A DNA stretch of 32,000 nucleotides from assembly GCF_003086415.1 (NCBI RefSeq), contig NZ_QEFP02000004.1:60001-92000 (forward strand). Reading direction: 5' to 3'. Positions 26,151 to 32,000 of this stretch are shown piece after piece. Below the pieces are notes generated by a model that was not told where the DNA came from, made no database searches, and was given only the letters and a program-made list of their open reading frames with translations. Source of the DNA: Candidatus Nanobsidianus stetteri (GTDB lineage Archaea; Nanobdellota; Nanobdellia; Nanobdellales; Nanobdellaceae). Position 1 is the first letter of the stretch, and the number at the start of each line of letters is the position of its first letter. Both the position numbers and the translations under genes were made by a program.

Positions 26151-26160
26151 TATTTATAAA
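26151..26160 (-). promoter_or_regulatory. TATA-like box for the 25264-26127 gene (leaderless geometry)
   Basis: Minus-strand TTTATAAATA is centred ~28 nt upstream of the ATG at 26127, inside the 38-nt gap after tRNA-Ser. Confidence 0.3.
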
Positions 26161-26165
26161 ATAAA

Positions 26166-26249
26166 CGCCGCGGGTGGGATTTGAACCCACGCCCCCTTTC
26201 GGGGAATGGATTAGCAATCCATCCCCTTGGGCCACTCGGGCACCGCGGC
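26166..26249 (-). tRNA. tRNA-Ser (anticodon GCU), class II with long variable arm
   Basis: The reverse complement folds as GCCGCGG-TG-CCC-GAGTGGCCCAA-GGG-G-ATGGA-TTGCTAA-TCCAT-TCCCCGAAAGGGGGC-GTGGG-TTCAAAT-CCCAC-CCGCGGC-G. 84 nt, no CCA. Confidence 0.95.
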
Positions 26250-26270
26250 ATATTAGATTTTTTAAAAATT

Positions 26271-26280
26271 ATTATTTATA
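26271..26280 (-). promoter_or_regulatory. TATA-like box for tRNA-Ser
   Basis: Minus-strand TATAAATAAT spans -31 to -22 relative to the mature 5' end (centre about -26.5). It lies directly after the stop codon of the upstream ORF. Confidence 0.35.
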
Positions 26281-26283
26281 ACT

Positions 26284-26691
26284 TTAAGTTGTTATGTTAT
26301 ACTCTATATCGTATAAAACATTATCAAATGTATACAATAATTGAATTAATGTATTATTCTCAATAATTATATTTTTTACATAGCATAATACTGATTGATT
26401 TGAATATATTATTTCTTTTTCACATGTTAAATTGTATATATTATCGGTTATATTTAATATAAAATTAGAAGTATTTATATATGGCAATTGATAATCAGTT
26501 ATATTTAAATATAAAATATTATTTATATAATTTGCATTATATTGATATGGATTTGGATAAAATGTTATATTTATTGGCATATTTTCTGAACTACTTATAT
26601 TTTTGCCAAATAATTTATAAAAGGCTATATAAAATATTACAAAGAATATTACTGCAAGCGCAATAAATGTTATTATGTCTTCTTTTTTCAT
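26284..26691 (-). CDS. small secreted/membrane-anchored protein, extremely rich in N-glycosylation sequons
   Basis: 135 aa. N-terminal hydrophobic anchor (IITFIALAVIFFVIFYIAFY), then 9 N-x-S/T sequons (NIS, NIT, NIT, NTS, NIT, NLT, NQS, NNT, NIT). No family recognised. Confidence 0.45.
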   Translation of the reverse strand: MKKEDIITFIALAVIFFVIFYIAFYKLFGKNISSSENMPINITFYPNPYQYNANYINNILYLNITDYQLPYINTSNFILNITDNIYNLTCEKEIIYSNQSVLCYVKNIIIENNTLIQLLYTFDNVLYDIEYNITT

Positions 26692-26726
26692 TAAAATTTT
26701 TTAAGAATAAAACTTAAAAAATATTA

Positions 26727-26933
26727 ATGAAAAAAATAAGGGTATTTATCGAAAGATATTATACTGAAAATAATATTGAATTTAATGGAAATACTGTAAA
26801 AGATTTATTAAATATGTTAAACTTAGATCCTTCAAGATTTATTGTTGTAAAAAATGGAGAAATTGTAACAGAGGATGATATAATAAATGATGGAGATTAT
26901 ATAAAAATATTGGATTCTGTTTCTGGAGGATAA
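26727..26933 (+). CDS. ThiS/MoaD-family ubiquitin-like small protein (SAMP-like), C-terminal Gly-Gly
   Basis: 68 aa. VVKNGEIV...INDGDYIKILDSVSGG* is the classic beta-grasp sulfur-carrier ending. Confidence 0.75.
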   Translation: MKKIRVFIERYYTENNIEFNGNTVKDLLNMLNLDPSRFIVVKNGEIVTEDDIINDGDYIKILDSVSGG

Positions 26934-26964
26934 ATTTATAATATCTAAAATATTTTTCTATTTT

Positions 26965-27882
26965 ATGTATGATCCGTTTTATTTAGATTATTATTCAATA
27001 ATTAAAAAATATGAAAATATTGAAGAATTAAATTATAAAAAGGTATTAATATCTGGAATGGGGGGTTCTGGAATTTATGGAGATTATACAAAACAAATAT
27101 TAAATGATAGAGAAATAGTTGTTTGTAAAGATTATTTTTTACCAAAATTTATTGATAAAGATTGGTTAACAATATTTATCTCATATTCTGGAGATACTGA
27201 AGAAACATTAAATTGTATGAACGAAGCAATAAACAATGGAAATAAAATTATAGCAATTTCTTCTGGAGGAGAAATGGAAAAAATAGCTAAAGAAAAAAAT
27301 TTATATTATATAAAAATAGATAACAATTATCCAGCAACAAGATATACATTTCCAGTAATTTTAGGAATAATTTTATCTATATTAGATAAGAAAAAATATT
27401 ATGAACTATTAGAAATATTAAAAAATTATAGAGAAAGATTAAAAGATTTATCAATATTTGTAAATGATGTAAAAAATCCAATAATGATTTATACAGATGT
27501 AAAACATGAACCTGTTGCTTTAGCATTAAAGATGCATCTAAATGAAGATGCAAAATGGTTTTCTGAATATGGAATAATTTCAGAATATAATCATCATGAT
27601 TTAGAAGGTATATCAAAATTAAATATAGATTTTATTTTATTGAAATTTAATTATTATGAAAGAATTGAATATAGGATAAATTATATGAAAGATTTATTGG
27701 AAATGTATGGAAATAATGTTCTTTTATTTGATTTAAAATATAGAAATTTAATGGAAGAACTTGTTTTAGGTACATTATCATTAAGAACTTTTACATTAAA
27801 ACTGGCAGAAAGGAATAATGTAGATCCTTATCATAGTAAAAATATTGCAGGACTAAAAGCATTTTTAAAGAATATTAAATAA
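26965..27882 (+). CDS. bifunctional phosphoglucose/phosphomannose isomerase (SIS domain, archaeal PGI/PMI family)
   Basis: 305 aa. ISGMGGSGIYGDY, ISYSGDTEETL and AISSGGEM. The length is typical of the archaeal PGI/PMI family. Confidence 0.8.
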   Translation: MYDPFYLDYYSIIKKYENIEELNYKKVLISGMGGSGIYGDYTKQILNDREIVVCKDYFLPKFIDKDWLTIFISYSGDTEETLNCMNEAINNGNKIIAISSGGEMEKIAKEKNLYYIKIDNNYPATRYTFPVILGIILSILDKKKYYELLEILKNYRERLKDLSIFVNDVKNPIMIYTDVKHEPVALALKMHLNEDAKWFSEYGIISEYNHHDLEGISKLNIDFILLKFNYYERIEYRINYMKDLLEMYGNNVLLFDLKYRNLMEELVLGTLSLRTFTLKLAERNNVDPYHSKNIAGLKAFLKNIK

Positions 27883-27936
27883 AGTTCTGATTTTGTTTGA
27901 TGATAATTTTTTAACTTATAAATTAATATTTAGTTT

Positions 27937-28500
27937 ATGGAATGGTATAATAAAGATGAGATGAAAAAGTTAATAACTAAGAAAAACTCTGTTCTTGTAG
28001 TATGGGATGTACAAGAAGCTCTAGTTAATTCAATATTTAATAAAGATGAATTTCTTACCAAACTTAAAGAATTAATAAACTCTGCAAGACAATATAATAT
28101 TCCGATAGTTTACACTAAGATAACACCTTTACCAGAAAGATTTCAGCCTCCATATTTAAAAAGGAGATTTAACCCAGGAGATATAGTAAAAGAAGTGTAT
28201 CCTACAGAAAATGATATAATAATAAATAAAAACACGACTTCTATATTTGTAGGAACTAACTTTGAACTTATGTTGAGAAATGCTGGAATTAATGTTATTA
28301 TTTTTACAGGAATTGCTACAGATATTGGGGTAGAGACTTCAGCAAGGCATGCCCACGCTTTAGGATTCTTACCAATAATAGCTAGAGAAGCGGTATCTTC
28401 TTCTGACAAACAAGCTCATGAAAGATCTTTAGCCAACATGAGTAAACTAATGTTAGTTCTAGACAACAAAGAAATAATAGAAAGGTGGAGTTCTGAATAA
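27937..28500 (+). CDS. isochorismatase-family hydrolase (Cys nucleophile position occupied by Gly)
   Basis: 187 aa. VLVVWDVQ (Asp), [10 protein letters not shown] (Lys) and [19 protein letters not shown], where canonical cysteine hydrolases have T-x-x-C-V-E. Confidence 0.8.
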   Translation: MEWYNKDEMKKLITKKNSVLVVWDVQEALVNSIFNKDEFLTKLKELINSARQYNIPIVYTKITPLPERFQPPYLKRRFNPGDIVKEVYPTENDIIINKNTTSIFVGTNFELMLRNAGINVIIFTGIATDIGVETSARHAHALGFLPIIAREAVSSSDKQAHERSLANMSKLMLVLDNKEIIERWSSE

Positions 28501-28645
28501 TAAATTTTTTAAATCATTTTAAACTTTATTAATCATAATAATTAGTACTTAAGTAGCTATTTATAAACAAAATCTTTATCTAAATAAAAAAGAGAATAAA
28601 GTAGCAAATACAAAGCTTAAATATATCAGTGTTGTTAATGTAGAT

Positions 28646-29233
28646 ATGAAAATAGAAATAGATGGTAAGTTAATACAAATAATAGAAGGATCAAATGAAA
28701 GAGTTAGGGATTATCTAGATTTTATGAATAAACTTTCTCATGATCCTGACAATTATACATTAAGTAGATATAGTAAAATAGATGAACAAAAAATTATTGA
28801 ATGGTCCAAATCTTGGGGAAAGAGTACTATTATGATATTAGCATACAATGATTCTAAAGTTGTAGGGTTTTTTCAAGCAACACGTGGTAAATATTTTGGT
28901 CCTGATAGACAATTTCATGTTGCAGAAATAGCCTATGCAGTTGATAAAGAATTTAGAGGTAAAAGATTAATATATATTTTATTTAATGAAGCAATAAAAA
29001 GGCTTGAAAACGTTAAAATACTTACTGCATGGGTAGATGAAAGGAATATAAGATCCAGGAAACTTTTAATAAAGTTGGGATTTGAAGAAACCTGTAAAAT
29101 TAATAAATTTATATATTCTGAGAAAGAGAAAACGTTCTGTAATCTTATAATGTATATAGGAAATATAGATATAGTTAAGACTAAATTGGAAGAGGAGCTA
29201 GCAAAGAGAAATTATAATTTATATGAAGAATAA
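28646..29233 (+). CDS. GNAT family N-acetyltransferase
   Basis: 195 aa. The acetyl-CoA motif A region is VDKEFRGKRLIYILFNEAIKRL, followed by RSRKLLIKLGFEE. Confidence 0.75.
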   Translation: MKIEIDGKLIQIIEGSNERVRDYLDFMNKLSHDPDNYTLSRYSKIDEQKIIEWSKSWGKSTIMILAYNDSKVVGFFQATRGKYFGPDRQFHVAEIAYAVDKEFRGKRLIYILFNEAIKRLENVKILTAWVDERNIRSRKLLIKLGFEETCKINKFIYSEKEKTFCNLIMYIGNIDIVKTKLEEELAKRNYNLYEE

Positions 29234-29372
29234 TTCATATTATTAGAATTTGAATATTTCAAATTTCTCATGAAATTTTACTTTGTCAATAAAAGATTTT
29301 TTCCGAAAAAGAATACCAATCTCTTATCTTTCTTTCAACCCAATAAATATTAAACAAAAGGGAAAAATATTT

Positions 29373-30260
29373 TTAAGAACTAATATACTTCCATGATAAA
29401 ATTATACCAACTATAGAAAGAACTGTGGCAAATATTATAAGATATATAAAATCTATTGTTAGGTTTGTTTGTATACCGAGTAACATTCCTCTTATTACCG
29501 CATTTGAATAAGTTAATGGATTTATTTCTGCAATTGGTTTTAACCATGAAGGCATTGAATTTATAGGATAAAATGCATTGCTAGTAAATAGTAATGGTAA
29601 ATTTACTAAATTCATAACTGCCATTTGTGACTGCCACGAACTTGCCCTAATAGCTATCATCAAAAATAAAGAAGAAAGTCCAAATGACATTAAAAATAGA
29701 GCAGCATAAGCTCCAAGAAAGTCAAATATATTTATTCCAGGATAAAAGGACATTCCCAATAATACTGCAACAATTAGGACAATGGTGGCTTGTACCAAAG
29801 ATCTAATTACTGAAGATAATACTTTACTTATAATTATGTTACTCCTTGATACTGGGGTTGTTAAAAGTCTATCCAATACACCCAGCCTTCTATCCCATAC
29901 CATTGACATACCGCTTTGCATTGAAGTAAACAAAACTATAAAAGATAACATTCCAGCAGCTAGATAAGAAAAATAATCTGTTGTTCCAAAAGTTTGTTTT
30001 AATATTTCTTGCCCAATTTGATCAATTATTTCTTTTGGTATATTCAATCCTGGTATTGAAAGAGTTGTACCTGAGAAAAGAGCTTGTAAGTTCATTGCTT
30101 TCCCGAATAGTGCTATCCAAAGTATTGGTTGTATAATAGATAATAAAAGAATTACTGGAGCCTTGTACCATTTCTTTAACTCTCTATTTGTTAAAGTCCA
30201 CAAACCATGGAAAGGGGATCTATCTATATCCTCTTCTCTATTTTTTATTTCCTTAACCAT
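29373..30260 (-). CDS. ABC-2 type transporter permease
   Basis: 295 aa, about 6 TM helices, ABC-2 layout. It lies 2 nt downstream of its ATPase partner. Confidence 0.8.
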   Translation of the reverse strand: MVKEIKNREEDIDRSPFHGLWTLTNRELKKWYKAPVILLLSIIQPILWIALFGKAMNLQALFSGTTLSIPGLNIPKEIIDQIGQEILKQTFGTTDYFSYLAAGMLSFIVLFTSMQSGMSMVWDRRLGVLDRLLTTPVSRSNIIISKVLSSVIRSLVQATIVLIVAVLLGMSFYPGINIFDFLGAYAALFLMSFGLSSLFLMIAIRASSWQSQMAVMNLVNLPLLFTSNAFYPINSMPSWLKPIAEINPLTYSNAVIRGMLLGIQTNLTIDFIYLIIFATVLSIVGIILSWKYISS

Positions 30261-30262
30261 CT

Positions 30263-31258
30263 TTATTCTCTAGCTCTTCTCAAAGTTCTTCTCATTGCAA
30301 ATACTTCTTTCGAATCAGCCTCCTCATCCCTCATTTTTCTACCTGTATATTCCATATAAACTTCATCCATTGTAGGTTCTGTTATTGACATTTTTAATAC
30401 TTTTAGACCACTTTTTATTAATTTTTCAAGAATTTTAGGAGCCATTTCTTCTCCATCCTTTACTTTTATCCTTAGCATATTATCAACTTTCTTTATATCA
30501 ATTATACCATCAAGATTTTGTAATAACTTTATAGCTTCATCATCATTTGAAGTACTCAAAGTAATTACATCACCTCCTATACTTTCTTTTAATTCTTTAG
30601 GTGATCCTATAGCAAGTATCTTACCATGATCAATTATAGCTATTCTATCAGCATAAAGATCAGCTTCTTCTAAATAATGGGTAGTAACAAATATAGTCAT
30701 ACCATATTCTTTCTTAAGCTTCATAATATAGTTCCAAATTGCACTTCTAGTTTGAGCATCTAAACCTATAGTTGGTTCATCTAAGAATAAGATCTTTGGT
30801 CTACTAATTAAAGACATTGCTATTTCTAGTCTCCTCCTCATTCCTCCGCTATATGTTTGTACTTTTCTATTCATTGCTTGAGTTAATTCAACCATATCTA
30901 ATAATTCCTTAGCTCTTTCCTTAGCTACATCCTTCTTTATACCATAAAGCCCTGCCATTAACATCATATTTTCCCATCCTGTCAAATCTTCATCAGCAGT
31001 AAACTCTTGAGGTACTACTCCGATAGAGTTCCTTACTTTTGCTGGTTCTTTAATTATGTCATAACCATTAACTATAGCAGTTCCTTCAGTAGGTTTTAAT
31101 ACGGTAGTTAACATTTTTATAGTGGTTGATTTTCCAGCACCATTGGGTCCTAGAAAACCAAATATTTCTCCCTCTTTAACTTCAAAATTTATATGATCAA
31201 CCGCTACAAATTTGCCAAAAGCTTTAGTAAGATTTATTGCTTTTATTGCTTCACCCAC
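30263..31258 (-). CDS. ABC transporter ATP-binding protein (DrrA/ABC-2 exporter type with C-terminal extension)
   Basis: 331 aa. Walker A GPNGAGKSTT, Q-loop, signature SGGMRRRLE, Walker B ILFLDEPTIGLD and H-loop TTHYLEE. Confidence 0.95.
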   Translation of the reverse strand: MGEAIKAINLTKAFGKFVAVDHINFEVKEGEIFGFLGPNGAGKSTTIKMLTTVLKPTEGTAIVNGYDIIKEPAKVRNSIGVVPQEFTADEDLTGWENMMLMAGLYGIKKDVAKERAKELLDMVELTQAMNRKVQTYSGGMRRRLEIAMSLISRPKILFLDEPTIGLDAQTRSAIWNYIMKLKKEYGMTIFVTTHYLEEADLYADRIAIIDHGKILAIGSPKELKESIGGDVITLSTSNDDEAIKLLQNLDGIIDIKKVDNMLRIKVKDGEEMAPKILEKLIKSGLKVLKMSITEPTMDEVYMEYTGRKMRDEEADSKEVFAMRRTLRRARE

Positions 31259-31601
31259 TTTTATGATTTTATCAATTTTCTTTAAAAGCTTTCCTATTTC
31301 TTATCTATTATATAAAGTTGGTTCTACATAAAATAAATTTTGTTAGATGCTTTTTCTATTCTAGACATTTATATAGCAAAAATAAAGTTCTTTCCAATAG
31401 AATATGAAAAATTTTATATAATGATTATGAATAATAACTTGAGAAATTGAAATATTGTAAATTTAAAATACATTAAAGTTAGAAGAGATAATTAAATCAT
31501 TAAATCTTAAATTTGTAAAGACTGTTTTTCTAATTATTAGACTTAGAAATATATATTTAATAAAGATTAATAAAAACTTTTAAATACTTCTAATATAAAA
31601 C

Positions 31602-31946
31602 TTAATATTCTTCATATTTATCAATAAATTTTGAATACCAATTTTTATATTCTTCTTCAGATATTATATGTAATTCTATAGGATCTTCTATACCTAATTT
31701 TTTATATATTTTTGCAGCAATTTCTGCTCTTTCAAAATTATCCTTAATATTTGGTAATATTATCAATATATCTATATCACTATCTATTCTATAATTTCCT
31801 CTAACAATTGATCCGAATAAAATTATTCTACAATTTTTATCTATTTCATTAACACAAATTTCTTTAATTCTTTTAACATATTCTCTCGCATTTTTTAATA
31901 TTTTAATTCTTTCTTCCCACTTATTTTTAAAGTATTCCAAGTACAT
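31602..31946 (-). CDS. minimal nucleotidyltransferase (MNT), intact
   Basis: 114 aa. ILFGSIVRGNYRIDSDIDILII carries the GSxxRG...DxD motif. Confidence 0.85.
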   Translation of the reverse strand: MYLEYFKNKWEERIKILKNAREYVKRIKEICVNEIDKNCRIILFGSIVRGNYRIDSDIDILIILPNIKDNFERAEIAAKIYKKLGIEDPIELHIISEEEYKNWYSKFIDKYEEY

Positions 31947-32000
31947 TTAATATATTTTTAACTACTTGATAAGCCTTTTCTGCAAATTTTTTATCATATG
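31927..32000 (-). CDS. 3' end of a probable HEPN-domain partner gene (truncated by the window edge)
   Basis: The minus-strand frame reads ...YDKKFAEKAYQVVKNILNVLGIL* and overlaps the MNT start by 20 nt. YDKKFAEKA aligns with YDKNDAREY at the C-terminus of the HEPN ORF at 10763-11089. Only 24 codons are visible. Confidence 0.35.
   Translation of the reverse strand, partial: YDKKFAEKAYQVVKNILNVLGIL

Noticed and set aside
26166-26249. tRNA-Ser as an integration site (att) for a mobile element carrying the nuclease-like gene.
   Set aside because: I found no second copy of the tRNA 3' segment, or any partial tRNA repeat, elsewhere in the window. No integrase or recombinase gene is present.
26181-26366. 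61-aa plus-strand ORF; also the 26481-26666 plus-strand ORF.
   Set aside because: The first ORF is simply the reverse complement of tRNA-Ser and its promoter region. The second is antisense to the sequon-rich ORF and has junk composition.
27886-27903. CTGA followed 6 nt later by TGATGA in the PGI/isochorismatase intergenic gap, a possible C/D box sRNA core.
   Set aside because: No C box lies about 12 nt upstream of the CTGA, and no D box lies about 12 nt downstream of the TGATGA on either strand. Many other isolated (A)TGATGA strings inside coding regions likewise lacked correctly spaced CTGA boxes.
27937-31258. Apparent higher G+C in the isochorismatase/GNAT/ABC block, the 2576-3106 methyltransferase and the 25264-26127 gene, as evidence of horizontal transfer.
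   Set aside because: Hand counts on a few 60-nt lines show that G+C varies widely even within core genes such as leuS. Without a computed sliding-window or codon-usage analysis the signal is not reliable.

Overview
This is a very AT-rich, gene-dense archaeal chromosome segment. G+C looks like roughly a quarter to a third by eye; I did not compute it. Archaeal identity rests on RNA polymerase subunit D, ribosomal protein eS1/S3Ae, archaeal-type TIM, LeuRS and ValRS, RNase Z, bifunctional PGI/PMI and GAPN. Three GC-rich tRNAs stand out against the AT-rich background, which is a thermophile-like signature. Genes abut or overlap (22779/22780 tail-to-tail; 18077-18091 convergent overlap) and lack obvious Shine-Dalgarno sites, so the genome is probably streamlined with leaderless transcripts. 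A DPANN/Nanoarchaeota-like lineage is a guess only.

Most of the window is housekeeping:
- xth, gapN, a PDO/thioredoxin-reductase redox cluster, tRNA-Val and rpoD
- valS, tpiA, a P-type ATPase, a processive GT2 synthase and rnz
- leuS, eS1, an RlmI-like methyltransferase, a ThiS/SAMP-like protein and PGI/PMI

The 3' end (27.9-32 kb) looks accessory: an isochorismatase-like hydrolase, a GNAT, an ABC-2 exporter and a HEPN/MNT pair.

Observations not explained by the ORF track:
1. Two candidate C/D box sRNAs with canonical box geometry (47-98 +; 15890-15950 -).
2. valS is broken by a 1-nt frameshift in an A7 run, with homology continuous across the break.
3. A decaying HEPN-MNT module carries the same type of poly-A lesion plus a TGG->TGA nonsense codon.
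4. A Q/N/G-rich, FG-studded low-complexity protein and a coiled-coil protein are separated only by tRNA-Gly, with 8-nt and 4-nt gaps.
5. A minus-strand cluster encodes a membrane-anchored Lon-like protein with an atypical active-site motif, a cysteine-free Cas4/RecB-like nuclease candidate and a very sequon-dense small secreted protein.

I saw no CRISPR array, rRNA, transposase or integrase. All family assignments come from motifs read by eye; no database search was run.
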